Source: a virus
Virus record (IMG/VR): IMGVR_UViG_3300027503_000009
Length of the DNA: 64,000 nt
Reading direction: 5' to 3' (one strand)
Both the position numbers and the translations under genes were made by a program. Under the pieces are notes generated by a model that was not told where the DNA came from, did no database searches, and saw nothing but the letters and a program-made list of their open reading frames with translations. Shown piece by piece: positions 27,317 to 38,667 of the stretch. The first letter of the stretch is position 1. Each line of letters begins with the position of its first letter.

Positions 27317-30300
27317 TAAGCTACTGCAATTGCTCTTAAATCTTTAATAATTGGAACAACTGTTTTATCTGTAGTTTTCATAACAATCTTAATCACAAAT
27401 ACTGTAAATGGATCTAATGCTGTACCAGATAATCCAGCGGAGAATTGGCGATCAATAAATTTTGATTGTGTATCTATATTAGCGTTTGTTGGAACAACAT
27501 CTTCTGTCATTTTAACATATGGTTTTTCTGAGAATGTTAGACTGTCAGATGTTGTTAAAATTTTATAATATACTTCAATTGAAGATGGTGAAGGTGCAAA
27601 AGATGATAATAGAACTTTAATTCCAGTTGAATCAAAACCTTCAGCTAATGTAATTCTTCTTGTAATATATTTAGCATATGCACCACCACCGGATTTATAA
27701 GTTTCATCTTTTGATAAATTATTAACACCAGTAGCACCTGTAACTGCTGTTGCACCAGTTCCCAAGTAACCTCTTGAAACAACGAAACCAGTTGCACCTG
27801 TTGGACCAGTTGCTCCACCACCACCAGTAATTAACATTTTTTCATTCCAAATTTGAATGACGTTGTTGTTATCGAAATTTTCACCATTATCTACATATAC
27901 TACTGATGAAGCACTTATAAATCCAGTTGCACCAACAGTAGAAGTTGTTACCGATGAAATATTATTAATTACATTTTCAACAGCAATAACACTTAATCTT
28001 TCGGTATCAATAACAGGAGATACTTGGTTATTTGATGATGTTAATGTTGCTTGTAGAACTAGACTTCCTGCATTATTAACTCTCTTTTCTGTTGAAAGAT
28101 ATGTGTTATTATTGCTATAGTAGTCGGTATATGAAGATGCTATACCAGCAACTGTTCCATCACTAGATGGTTTGTATTGCCAAGAAACTTTATTATTTCC
28201 AAAATTAATTTCTTGAGAAGTTGTTTTAAATAAGTGATATGGTTTTGAAGAAGCCATTGCAGTATTCTTAAATACTGCTGTTCCTGATGTTTGATTAAAC
28301 GAACAGCGATTAATTGTAAACATCAAATCTTCTTCTTGTACAGCAGTCCATGTTCTGGCATTCTGTGATTTAAAGAATGAGCCAGCATATGGTTGTGTGC
28401 TGATAATTTGACCTTGATCTACACTTGTGATATTTAATTGACCAATTTCAGAAACATAAACATTATATTTGTCTGTGTTTGTAATTAGAACAATTGCATA
28501 TTCACCTGGAGGCAAATAAACAGGAGAACTAAACTTAAAGTTTGTTGCAACTTTTGCTGCTGTTGCTAAATCAGTTGTTTTTACATAATCTGTAATTACA
28601 GCAGATACTGCACCATTAACTCCTGTTGTATCACCAACACCTCTTGTTACTGTAACAGAAGGATTTGATGTATAACCATATCCAGGATTTGTGATTGTAA
28701 TTGCAGTAATTTGACCACCAGATATTGTTGCTGTTGCTGTTGCTTGAACTCCATTACTTAAATTTGGAGCAGAAAAAGTTATTGTTGGTGCTACTGTGTA
28801 ACTTGCTCCAGGATTTGTAATAGAAACTGTTGATACTTTTCCATATGGTTGCATTGTAACTTCACTAAATGGAACAATATCATATGCACTTGGATATCCA
28901 TTAAGTGTTGGTCTAATTTGTAATGTTACTGGAACATTAACATCTTTTGTTTGGAAGAAGATATCAACACTTTCCATAAACATACCATTAGGATATGTAT
29001 TTGATGGAACCAAGAAAGTTTGTGCTAATGGATCAACATAATCAGGAACACTAATTGGTTCTGAAATTGTAATAACATCTTCAACAGTTCTTGTTCTTGG
29101 AACCATTGTTCTTGTTGAAACAACAGTTTTTTCTCTTGTTATTAATGTTCCTTCAGCAAAATAATTTGTTTCAGCAGCAGTTGTTGTAGCTGCTAAATTA
29201 TTTGTGCTGCTATCGGTTAATTTAAACTTTCTAGAACCAGTTTTGAATGTTCCGGCAGTAATTGTAAATGTTCCGGAAATTTCACCTTGTGCATTAGTTT
29301 GACCATTGTTAGGATTTCCACTAATTTGATATTGAGTATCAAATGTGCATGTAATTGCAACATCATCAAAGAATCCATAAACTCTAGTATTTGGTTTTAG
29401 TGCCTTAGCAATAAATCTTACTGTTTTAGATCTAATGTAAGGAACAACACCAATATTTACAATTTTATCATCAACAACTTTTGTGATTGTTTCTGGAACA
29501 TATTCAGTAACAGACCCAGTTCTTCTTCTTTCACCTGTTCTTACAGTTCTAGTAGTTGTGACTGCTGGACCTAATTGATAAATAGATCCGCCATTATTTT
29601 CCCAATCAAAAACAAATGCTCCACTTTGATAAGTTTCAGTTAATGTTTGTGTACCTGTCCAATTATCTTCCCAGTCATTCCATTGTGTTTGGAATGGTTG
29701 TGTATTTGAAACCCAAGCATCATTTTCGCCAACGTTATTAATAACAACGTCAGGTCTGTTTGTTGTATCATGCCATGTATCACTGTTTGGATCTAATGAA
29801 ACATTTCCGATAAATGAAAAGAAGTTATATGGATTTACATTTACAGTTTTGCTTGCATAAGGTTGACGAGCAAATACTGTTTTGTCATAAGTTAGTGTAA
29901 TTAATGTTCCAGTTTGTACAGTGTTTGTTAATGTATCCTTTGCAATTTCAACAGGAGTACTTGAGAAAGGTGCTCTTAGTTGTTTCTTATTGAAATCCAT
30001 TGAACACTTATAATCAGAATTTAATACATCACCAACTGCGTGACCACTAAAATTATCTACAACGAAACCGTTCTTAAATCTATCATTACCACCAGAATCA
30101 GTTACATCGAAACTTTGTGTATCTTGTTCTAATAAGTTTAAGGCATTATAGAATTCAAGATTTTCAATTCTCTTTTCTAACTTACCAATATCACGCATTG
30201 TATAACGCTTATTTTCAATATATTTAACTTTAATGTCTTTTACATTATAAGTATAAGCAGGAACAGTCAATACATAAAGAGTCATTGCATCTTGATTATC

Positions 30301-32670
30301 TGGAGGAACTGTTGGATTAATTGCTGATGTTCCCTTAATAACAAGAAAATCTTTGTCTTTTGTTACAACAAGTTTATCAATTCTATTTAAATAGTAAGCA
30401 TAATCTGCCACCATTAAACTTCCAGGATTAGGTGTAACAATAGAAGTTGAATCTGTGATATATGGTCTAAAGTCAACACAATCTCTTAAATTAAAAGTTT
30501 GCCCTGTGCTTGTTGATGTATATGTTGGAATAGTATCATAATTTGGATATGAATCAACAGTAAAGAATCCACCAGATGCTGTACTTGCACTGTAGTAATT
30601 GTACATTACAAGAACATAACCAGTTGGTGTTGCTTGACCTTCTTTTAGTGTCAATACACCATAATCGTAAATATTATCACGTTGTCCGTTATCAATATTA
30701 TAACGACTTGTAATATCTGTACCAGATGAATAATCTGCTTTTGTTGGATCTGAAGCAAACATTTTTACTTTAACTGTTCGACTTTCAACAGTTAAATTTG
30801 TTGTATCTGAAGTATCAATATCAGGTAAAGGTAATGTAATAGTTTGGAATCCAGAAGAAATTTTGTATCTACCTCTAGCGTTAGAAGTAGTTATAGTATC
30901 ACCAGAAGCTAGATCATCTAGGTTTGCAGTTTTATATTCTTTTGTTCTTTGATCGAATGTGTAGTTTGTTGCCGGATTACTACTAAAATTCATTAGTGCA
31001 ATAACAGCAATATTGTTAGAACCACCACCAGCAACTGTTACAGTAATAGAAGTTGAACTATTAAAAACAATAGTTGGCGAAGTTACAAATGTATTTGATG
31101 TAGTATTAAATACTAAATACTTTGTTGAATCTTGTATAAATGTAATTCTAGCATCACCAGTTAAAATAGTAGCTGAGTTTGTACTTAATGTGGCTGTAAA
31201 TGTTGTATAAAATTGATAAGATAAATCAATTCCAGCAGGACTATTTGTATTCAAGAATGATTTTACAACATTTGATGAAACTGGGAATAAAAGATTAGAG
31301 AAACTTGATTCTTCTATGTAAGCACTTCCACTTGTTAGAACAACACCACAAATTTTGTTTGTGGTTGATGCAACAGCAAAACTTCTGACTGATGAAAATA
31401 CTTGACCAGAATTCATAGATACATTTGTAATATATGCTCTATAAACACCAGCAGAATCTTTTAAAATTACCTTTAATCTTGCTGTTCCAATTTTTGTTCC
31501 AGATGCAGGAGTTGCATTATTATATAAATCAATAATTGGATTTGTTTTTGTATCAACAAAGTATGCTAAATTTTCAACCTTAACATATGAACCATAATTT
31601 AATTGAATTGGTGAATTGTTTACAGAAAACGTATCTCTTGCTTTATCAACAATTATACTTGTTGGTGCAATAGTTTCAAATTCAAAACCTTTTACATAAG
31701 CCTTACCTGGATCAAGAACAGCTTTAACAGTTGTTGAATTATTTTCCTTAATTGTAAGTGGGAAAGGTTTTACCGTATAATTACCAGATTCATCAAATGT
31801 TCTTCTTGCTAAAGTTTTTTCTAATTCAGCATATGCTGGAAATTTAACTTGTTGAACAATATTACCATCTTCTAATCGTACTAATAATATGAAATCTTTA
31901 TTAGCTGAAGTTCCTGTTGCTGGATTTGCAGCAATCCCAAGTTGCAATTCAATTTTATATCTATCTGCACCTGGAGCTAAGTAATTGAAAGAACCAGTTG
32001 AATTATCTAATAGTGATGAATCATCATTTTCATCAATTAAACTCTCAACAACATTTAAACCAACTGAACATGTTGGTACAGCAGTATCTGTAGTTAAGTC
32101 TGATAATTTTGTAATGGCAACTTGTTGATCAACAATTACAAAGAATCCCTTAGTATAAAAAATACCAGATTGAATAGTTACAGCAGATGCATCACCTGTA
32201 AAACTTGATGAAACAATTTGTGCTTGAGAAGTTGCAACATTTGTTGCTTCATTAACAACACCAATAACTTCAGATGCTTGAAATGTACCAGAAATAACTT
32301 TGATATAAATTTTTGGATTTGCTGATGTACCAAACCCACTTGTTTTAATAACTCTTGCTTGTGCAGCAGATGTATTTCCACGAAGTAACACACCATCAAA
32401 TGTTGATGATAAAAGTTGATTACCACCATAAACATTTTCTAATACAAGATATTTAACTTTAGAATCAAAAGATGTCTGACCACCCAAAACCATACTACCA
32501 TCTTGAAAAATATGATTTCCAAAACGCTGAATTTGATTTTGTAGAATAGTTTGAGCTTGTGTTAATTCTCTTGCCTGAACTGCACGTCCAGGTCTAAATA
32601 GCACTCTTAGAAATTTCTTTGCTTCAGAAAAATCATCAAAATATGGTGGTGCGTTAAAATTAATTGCCAT
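27316..32670 (-). CDS. large baseplate/virion structural protein (DUF4815, VrlC-like)
   Basis: PYFDDF, LFRPGRAVQARELTQ, APGADRYKI, LARRTFDESGNY, YTMRDIGKLEKRIENLE, RFKNGFVVDNF, DPLAQTF. Confidence 0.88.
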   Translation of the reverse strand: MAINFNAPPYFDDFSEAKKFLRVLFRPGRAVQARELTQAQTILQNQIQRFGNHIFQDGSMVLGGQTSFDSKVKYLVLENVYGGNQLLSSTFDGVLLRGNTSAAQARVIKTSGFGTSANPKIYIKVISGTFQASEVIGVVNEATNVATSQAQIVSSSFTGDASAVTIQSGIFYTKGFFVIVDQQVAITKLSDLTTDTAVPTCSVGLNVVESLIDENDDSSLLDNSTGSFNYLAPGADRYKIELQLGIAANPATGTSANKDFILLVRLEDGNIVQQVKFPAYAELEKTLARRTFDESGNYTVKPFPLTIKENNSTTVKAVLDPGKAYVKGFEFETIAPTSIIVDKARDTFSVNNSPIQLNYGSYVKVENLAYFVDTKTNPIIDLYNNATPASGTKIGTARLKVILKDSAGVYRAYITNVSMNSGQVFSSVRSFAVASTTNKICGVVLTSGSAYIEESSFSNLLFPVSSNVVKSFLNTNSPAGIDLSYQFYTTFTATLSTNSATILTGDARITFIQDSTKYLVFNTTSNTFVTSPTIVFNSSTSITVTVAGGGSNNIAVIALMNFSSNPATNYTFDQRTKEYKTANLDDLASGDTITTSNARGRYKISSGFQTITLPLPDIDTSDTTNLTVESRTVKVKMFASDPTKADYSSGTDITSRYNIDNGQRDNIYDYGVLTLKEGQATPTGYVLVMYNYYSASTASGGFFTVDSYPNYDTIPTYTSTSTGQTFNLRDCVDFRPYITDSTSIVTPNPGSLMVADYAYYLNRIDKLVVTKDKDFLVIKGTSAINPTVPPDNQDAMTLYVLTVPAYTYNVKDIKVKYIENKRYTMRDIGKLEKRIENLEFYNALNLLEQDTQSFDVTDSGGNDRFKNGFVVDNFSGHAVGDVLNSDYKCSMDFNKKQLRAPFSSTPVEIAKDTLTNTVQTGTLITLTYDKTVFARQPYASKTVNVNPYNFFSFIGNVSLDPNSDTWHDTTNRPDVVINNVGENDAWVSNTQPFQTQWNDWEDNWTGTQTLTETYQSGAFVFDWENNGGSIYQLGPAVTTTRTVRTGERRRTGSVTEYVPETITKVVDDKIVNIGVVPYIRSKTVRFIAKALKPNTRVYGFFDDVAITCTFDTQYQISGNPNNGQTNAQGEISGTFTITAGTFKTGSRKFKLTDSSTNNLAATTTAAETNYFAEGTLITREKTVVSTRTMVPRTRTVEDVITISEPISVPDYVDPLAQTFLVPSNTYPNGMFMESVDIFFQTKDVNVPVTLQIRPTLNGYPSAYDIVPFSEVTMQPYGKVSTVSITNPGASYTVAPTITFSAPNLSNGVQATATATISGGQITAITITNPGYGYTSNPSVTVTRGVGDTTGVNGAVSAVITDYVKTTDLATAAKVATNFKFSSPVYLPPGEYAIVLITNTDKYNVYVSEIGQLNITSVDQGQIISTQPYAGSFFKSQNARTWTAVQEEDLMFTINRCSFNQTSGTAVFKNTAMASSKPYHLFKTTSQEINFGNNKVSWQYKPSSDGTVAGIASSYTDYYSNNNTYLSTEKRVNNAGSLVLQATLTSSNNQVSPVIDTERLSVIAVENVINNISSVTTSTVGATGFISASSVVYVDNGENFDNNNVIQIWNEKMLITGGGGATGPTGATGFVVSRGYLGTGATAVTGATGVNNLSKDETYKSGGGAYAKYITRRITLAEGFDSTGIKVLLSSFAPSPSSIEVYYKILTTSDSLTFSEKPYVKMTEDVVPTNANIDTQSKFIDRQFSAGLSGTALDPFTVFVIKIVMKTTDKTVVPIIKDLRAIAVA

Positions 32671-32696
32671 AGTTATTTAATACCTAAGTATATTTA

Positions 32697-34370
32697 TTAG
32701 AATTCTAATACGATTCTTATTTCTTCTGTTTGATCTGATGCTCTATTAATTGGTCTTCTATTTTCAAGATAAATTACATCACCATAGTATTCTTGTGAAC
32801 CCAATTTTGTAGCGGTTGCAATTGTAGCTGAATTTGTTCCATCGCTAATACTATTGGATGCAGCAAATTGACCAACAACTTCATTTACTAGAACATATGC
32901 TGGATCTGGACTTGATGCTGGTGTATATTGAACAATTTTAGCTGATTTTCCGCCAGATGCGGTAATTGTTGAATCAATTGTAAACGATCCAGGAGTTGAG
33001 TTTGTTGTTAATTCAAATTTATAAAGATTATTTTCTGAAGTAGAATTAGTTAAAATTCCATATACAGATGACGTAGTTGGTCGTTGATCTGGTGAGATTG
33101 TCCAATCTCTATCAACCAAAAGTGTATTATTAGTTGTTGAATAACCAATAATTTTTCTTCTTTCACCTTTTGCTGGACCGGAAATTATAGTAATTTCTTT
33201 TCCTAATAATGTAGAAGTTGGTGTTGTTGCAATTCTAATATTATTGTTGGCTGTAATTGGATTTGTTGATGATGAAAATCCACTTAAATATGTTATTACT
33301 GGAAATGATGAAGAAACATATCCTGCTGATGTTCCTGTTGAATTTAGTTCAACTGGATCAACAATAATACCAATTCTTCTATAGTCATTTAATGTGATTA
33401 ATTGACTACTTTCCGAACCAGAAAGTTCAACATAAATCATTACAGCAACACCACCTAATTCCGAAACTGCATCAAAACCATGTCCACCTTTTGGACTTAG
33501 TATTGCACGAACATTTAAGTTACCAGCAGAAACAGTGATTGTTGGTTCTTTATAATATCCAGTACCAACTGTGGATAATTTAATTGGTGTTACAACAGAA
33601 CCACCAGAAATTGTAATTGTTTGTGAAACTGCTTGAGTTCCACCTTTATGTGGAGATGGAATAGTTATTGTTGGTGCTACCGAATAACCAGAACCAGCAC
33701 TAATTACATCAATAACTTCAATTGCACCATCTCTTGCTGCGGATTGAACTGCCCACTGTCTGCTGCTATCATTATATTTAACTGTTTTAACAGGAATCCA
33801 ATCTGATGTGACAAACTTCAACATGTCAGCATCACTAACACTATACATAAATTTCCAAATGTATCCATCTGAACAATAAATTAATCCATTGTTTCCAGAA
33901 GTATCACCTTCACCTGTTCCTGTATCAATTGTAGAAGGATCAATAGTTGATGCTGCACCAATATTATTATTTACACACTTATAAATTCTATATTCGTCGT
34001 TTGTTGTAGTTACAACATAAAATGGTGTAACATCACTTGGACTTAATGCACCAGCACTTGTTCTATTAACAGTTGCAAACAAATCAATGTCATGTGAATA
34101 CTCTCTGTAATAAACACCTGTTGTCCAATTATAACGTCTAATAGCATGAGTAATATTATTTGCTTGTAATTTCTTCATGAAAATAATATCTTCATGAATA
34201 TAATATTGCACATCTGGAGAATCAACTGGAACGGTTGGTGACAAATCATCATTCCATGTGGTTGATTTTCCAATAAACAAATAATAACTAGTTGGTGATG
34301 TTTCATCAAATGATTCAACAAATTGTTTAGCTGTTGAAAGACGAATTTTATTTGTAACAATAGCTGGCAT
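32697..34370 (-). CDS. gp8: baseplate wedge subunit
   Basis: MPAIVTNKIR, YLFIGK, DGYIWKFMY, PKGGHG, GDVIYLENR.PI.R..DQTEEI. Confidence 0.88.
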   Translation of the reverse strand: MPAIVTNKIRLSTAKQFVESFDETSPTSYYLFIGKSTTWNDDLSPTVPVDSPDVQYYIHEDIIFMKKLQANNITHAIRRYNWTTGVYYREYSHDIDLFATVNRTSAGALSPSDVTPFYVVTTTNDEYRIYKCVNNNIGAASTIDPSTIDTGTGEGDTSGNNGLIYCSDGYIWKFMYSVSDADMLKFVTSDWIPVKTVKYNDSSRQWAVQSAARDGAIEVIDVISAGSGYSVAPTITIPSPHKGGTQAVSQTITISGGSVVTPIKLSTVGTGYYKEPTITVSAGNLNVRAILSPKGGHGFDAVSELGGVAVMIYVELSGSESSQLITLNDYRRIGIIVDPVELNSTGTSAGYVSSSFPVITYLSGFSSSTNPITANNNIRIATTPTSTLLGKEITIISGPAKGERRKIIGYSTTNNTLLVDRDWTISPDQRPTTSSVYGILTNSTSENNLYKFELTTNSTPGSFTIDSTITASGGKSAKIVQYTPASSPDPAYVLVNEVVGQFAASNSISDGTNSATIATATKLGSQEYYGDVIYLENRRPINRASDQTEEIRIVLEF

Positions 34371-34391
34371 TTCTAATAAATCCTTTTTTAT

Positions 34392-34399
34392 TATTTATA
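34392..34399 (-). promoter_or_regulatory. T4-type late promoter TATAAATA
   Basis: Exact match upstream of gp8. Confidence 0.75.
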
Positions 34400-36539
34400 T
34401 CTGTTTAATAGTAATAAAAGCTTCACGATTTAAATTAGTTCGTTCAGCTAAACCATTTGGTTTAATAAAATCATTGATTAATTTATTCTCAACAATTTTC
34501 ATTGGAGTGTTTGATAATGTATATAAATCATCAGCATAATAATTAGTATTATATGCAGTTTCTGTATATTGATTTGGATTGTAGTATGTTACAGGAGTAA
34601 AACTTTCAACTAATTGTAAGTTTTCCCAACCCTGATATCCAGGAATATTAAATCTATCAGTATTTATCCATTCTAAAGTATTACCATAAGCTTTTTGAAC
34701 ATTTTGTATTTTAATTTTTCTATATGAATTAGGTACATCTATAGTATTTAAAATAAAACTTTTAACATCAAAACTTAATACTTTAAATGGATAGAAAAAT
34801 TCTGGATATTCTTGTGGTGAACCATATTTATTTAATGAAAACGAATTAAATAATGATATAATACCAAAAAACACCATTCCAGCAGGATTTAATAAATCTT
34901 TTACAATATCTCTATAATCAGAATAGTCTTCTTCTGATTTTAGCACATAAGAAAAATCTTGATAATAATCATCTTGAATGTACTTATTCCAAGAAACAAA
35001 ACCATCTGTATTTGCAAATTGTCCAGGTTCAATTCCTAAAGTTTGTGGAGTAAATTGAATTTGTGCTAAATTTAAATATGCTGTTGCTACAGCAGTTCTT
35101 TCTGCTGCAATTGTACTATTAAATGTTATTGTAGGTGTATTCTTGTATCCAGAACCATTATCAGTAATTGTTATTCCTGTAACAACTTTTTTACCTGTTG
35201 ATGGATCTGTTGATGTTTGAACAGATACAGTTGCAGTTGTTCCAGATGGTGGTGCTGATACTGTAGCAGTAATAGTTGCACCTGATGGATATAAACCACC
35301 ATCGTTGATAACAATTTCTTGAACTTTTCTAGTTGTTCCAATTACTGAAGGTGGAATATATGCTTTAAATGTTCCAGATGATGAAAGTTGATTATAATTT
35401 AAAATTCCATGATCAATTATATCAAATGATTTTAATTTTCCTTCAGTATCCAATCCAGTAATTCTAACAATTATATTTGTTGCTGTTTTTAGAGCAGGAA
35501 TATCAACATATGAATTATCAATCGTAATTTCGTCACCAACAGTATAAATTGCTGAACTAGATTGCAATTCACCTTTTCTTAATAAACTAGGTGATCCAGC
35601 AACAGTAACTACAACATCAGTAGTTTCTATTAAATCAAAATCATCAAAATATGATATTGTCTCACCATATACAAAATTTTCTGATAAATCCTCAACAAAC
35701 AATTCAAAGAATACTACAGGATTTCCATCAATAATATGTTCAGTTGCATTAACTCTTGAAATTACAGCAATAGCTTCTGATGTATTACCTTTAATTCTTT
35801 TATTTAAGTAATTAACATCACTATTTCTTTTAATAGTAATAAATTTATATTCAGTCCATTTACCATCAGAAACTCTTAACATATCCTTTTTAGGATAATA
35901 AAATTCTAGATCGCTATTATAAACGCTTCTGAAGAAATAACGAAAACTATCTTCTGTTCCTTTAGCTTTAACAAAATCAGCTAAACCTTTTATTGTTAAA
36001 GCTTTATTTGCTGTTAAAATTTTTGGATAATCTGGTGATATTTCACCAATCAATTTATCTAAATTTGGATTTTCTGTTAATAAACTTCCAGTATTTACAT
36101 GTAATATTTCAGTTACAGTTGTATCTGTAAAATTTATTTGATTTCCAATTGCTGTAGTAAATATTCCACTAGTAACAACAATATTTACATATGCGGTTAT
36201 GTTTGTAATTTTTTCATACGATACAACATAACCTTTAGAAACCACAACACCATTCACATTACTTTGAACTATTTCATCTTTATAATCTGTATAATTTTGG
36301 GAAAATGATGCTTCATCTTCAATACTAGCAAAAGATAATTTTAGTTTTATAACTCCGGAATTATATTTCTGTGTAATATCACGAGATTTTTCTAATGATT
36401 GAGTTACTTGATATGGTCCATAGTTACTTTCAACATATTCAAAATATTTCTTAATAAAAGTTACATATTTTTCAAAATTTGTACGGACATATCTTGATAA
36501 TTGCTTGTCAATAAAAATTGATATTTTTTTATCTTGCAT
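34395..36539 (-). CDS. gp7: baseplate wedge initiator (gp7-like)
   Basis: AKGTEDSFRYFFR, MLRVSDGKW, IQD.YYQDFSYVLKS, NPAGM; between gp6 and gp8. Confidence 0.75.
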   Translation of the reverse strand: MQDKKISIFIDKQLSRYVRTNFEKYVTFIKKYFEYVESNYGPYQVTQSLEKSRDITQKYNSGVIKLKLSFASIEDEASFSQNYTDYKDEIVQSNVNGVVVSKGYVVSYEKITNITAYVNIVVTSGIFTTAIGNQINFTDTTVTEILHVNTGSLLTENPNLDKLIGEISPDYPKILTANKALTIKGLADFVKAKGTEDSFRYFFRSVYNSDLEFYYPKKDMLRVSDGKWTEYKFITIKRNSDVNYLNKRIKGNTSEAIAVISRVNATEHIIDGNPVVFFELFVEDLSENFVYGETISYFDDFDLIETTDVVVTVAGSPSLLRKGELQSSSAIYTVGDEITIDNSYVDIPALKTATNIIVRITGLDTEGKLKSFDIIDHGILNYNQLSSSGTFKAYIPPSVIGTTRKVQEIVINDGGLYPSGATITATVSAPPSGTTATVSVQTSTDPSTGKKVVTGITITDNGSGYKNTPTITFNSTIAAERTAVATAYLNLAQIQFTPQTLGIEPGQFANTDGFVSWNKYIQDDYYQDFSYVLKSEEDYSDYRDIVKDLLNPAGMVFFGIISLFNSFSLNKYGSPQEYPEFFYPFKVLSFDVKSFILNTIDVPNSYRKIKIQNVQKAYGNTLEWINTDRFNIPGYQGWENLQLVESFTPVTYYNPNQYTETAYNTNYYADDLYTLSNTPMKIVENKLINDFIKPNGLAERTNLNREAFITIKQI

Positions 36540-38265
36540 CTAAATCTTCCGCTGTAACTGTGAAGTTTTCTGGATTTAATAATATAATATCTTCTCTTTT
36601 TGCCAAAATATCATTTTCATATGGTGTTGCTTCAATATTTAATGTAGTCTCAATCAAACTTGATGGTAAAATACTTTCAATAATAATTGAACCAGTTTCA
36701 TAATTTACTGTTCCAACATTATTTTTCATTACAATTTTATTGCCACCTTGATAACGAATAATTCTAATAACACCTAAACCATCATCATCGAGGAAAAATA
36801 CATCCCCGCTATTATAAGTAATAGTTGGATCTTGTGATACTACAAATCCATTTGAAATAATTGAACTAGTTTTAATTCTATTATTAAATGATATTTCAAT
36901 TTTATTAATTGTGTTTAATGTTACTTCATTTTTTCTAACAAGTGAGATATTTGTTATGTTACTAATGATTCCAACATCTACATTATCAATTAAATATAAA
37001 AATTTAGAATATCTAAACGAAGTTTCAAAATTACTTAATTCTTTTTGGGCAAATAAATTAACTTGAAGTTTCAATTTAGAAACAACTTCATTTTTAGTTA
37101 GTGTTGTTTTTCTTCTATCATATACTAATTTTGTGTTAATTTTTAAGTAAATATATTTTGGATCAACTAATTCTGGAATAACAGATACAATATTTTTTGT
37201 ATTTAATATTGTATTCTTAATAGAAGCTTTTTGTAAACTATTTAATGTTTCTTCACCAACAGGCTTAATAGCAATAAATACCTTTCCATAAACAGGATGT
37301 GGTAATTGATCTTGTCCCCCCCAAACAGAAACTGCCTCAACATTAGGAACATCTCTTAAAATTAAAGTTCTATAATCAGTTGTAGTTACCGCTCTATTTT
37401 GACCTTCAAAATTTCTAGGTGCTAGAAATTTAATTGAATCCGTTGATTCTCTACTTGAACCACCAAATGATGTCACGCTACTATTAATTGTAATATTTTG
37501 TGGTGGTGTAAAGGAAGTTGCTCCATTTGCGGCAGCACCAGCAGATACTTTATATTCGACTGTTATAACATTACCAGATTCTAATGCTTTACCTAAAATA
37601 CCATCACCAAATAAAATTCTATAGTTATAATTAGAATCTTCTTCTAGGTAATAAATTTTAGAATCTGGTTCAACTGTAGTTAAATTTGTATTCAATGTAT
37701 AAACTTCAGAACCAGAAGTTGCGTTTTGTTGAACAGATACTTTTAAAGTTGAAGTATCTATTTCTGAATTTGGTATAACAAATTTTTGTGTTATATCTGT
37801 TAAATTAACAACAAATTTATTAGTTACAGTTCTTCCTTCATATACGACTATGCTTTGTGCAACATTAGCAGTTAAAGATATGTCTTCAATCGGAGAAAAA
37901 TAATAACCTACTCCATCCACATCAGTAGTAAAATATGAATTTCTAGAAACAGATTGATTAACTGAAGATGTAACATTTAGAATTGTTGAAGAAGATCTTG
38001 TTGATCTTGGAGTATACCCAAGTAATTTTGCATGTGAGATTACATTTTCTCTTTTAATTGCAGTGTCAAGAAATGATTCATTAGCTACCATATTTGTATA
38101 ATATGATAACATATATGTGTTATATGCAAGAATATCAATTAATGTTGAGAGAGCAGAACCTTCAAAATTATAATCAGTAAATTCAGTCTGATTTTTTAAG
38201 AAATTTTTAATATTAGCTTTGATACCATCAAAATCTAATTCTGTAAGTAATAGATTTGTTGCCAT
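36529..38265 (-). CDS. gp6: baseplate wedge subunit
   Basis: LDFDGIK, DYNFEGS, NESFLDTA, FGDGILG, QNRAVT..DY, YGKVFIAIKP. Confidence 0.94.
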   Translation of the reverse strand: MATNLLLTELDFDGIKANIKNFLKNQTEFTDYNFEGSALSTLIDILAYNTYMLSYYTNMVANESFLDTAIKRENVISHAKLLGYTPRSTRSSSTILNVTSSVNQSVSRNSYFTTDVDGVGYYFSPIEDISLTANVAQSIVVYEGRTVTNKFVVNLTDITQKFVIPNSEIDTSTLKVSVQQNATSGSEVYTLNTNLTTVEPDSKIYYLEEDSNYNYRILFGDGILGKALESGNVITVEYKVSAGAAANGATSFTPPQNITINSSVTSFGGSSRESTDSIKFLAPRNFEGQNRAVTTTDYRTLILRDVPNVEAVSVWGGQDQLPHPVYGKVFIAIKPVGEETLNSLQKASIKNTILNTKNIVSVIPELVDPKYIYLKINTKLVYDRRKTTLTKNEVVSKLKLQVNLFAQKELSNFETSFRYSKFLYLIDNVDVGIISNITNISLVRKNEVTLNTINKIEISFNNRIKTSSIISNGFVVSQDPTITYNSGDVFFLDDDGLGVIRIIRYQGGNKIVMKNNVGTVNYETGSIIIESILPSSLIETTLNIEATPYENDILAKREDIILLNPENFTVTAEDLDAR

Positions 38266-38655
38266 TTATCGTACTCTCTCTAAAATAAAATCAAACTTTT
38301 GAAGTTCTGTTAGACCAACTATGAAATATTCTAATGTTACATTTAATTCATTTTCATCAATATTGATATATACTATAACATCAACTAATGAAACTCTTGG
38401 TTCATATGCAGCAATTATCTGACGTATTGCTCTGTCTATATTTATTTCCGTTAAAAAATCAAAATTTTCAAACAAATAATCTTCTAATCCGGCACCTAAT
38501 GTTGAATTAAATTTTCTTTCATACACGTTAGTGAAAATTAAATTCATTAAAGATTGTTTTATAGCTTCTTCATTTTTTCTTACAACTAAATTTTTTGTTG
38601 TTGGGAGAAAATCGAAGTTGAAATCTAAGTCTTTATATTTTACTTTTGTAGCCAT
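38266..38655 (-). CDS. gp25: baseplate wedge subunit
   Basis: YKDLD, AIKQSLMNL..T...ER.F, YEPRV, LERVR. Confidence 0.92.
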   Translation of the reverse strand: MATKVKYKDLDFNFDFLPTTKNLVVRKNEEAIKQSLMNLIFTNVYERKFNSTLGAGLEDYLFENFDFLTEINIDRAIRQIIAAYEPRVSLVDVIVYINIDENELNVTLEYFIVGLTELQKFDFILERVR

Positions 38656-38667
38656 ATTTATTATTTA

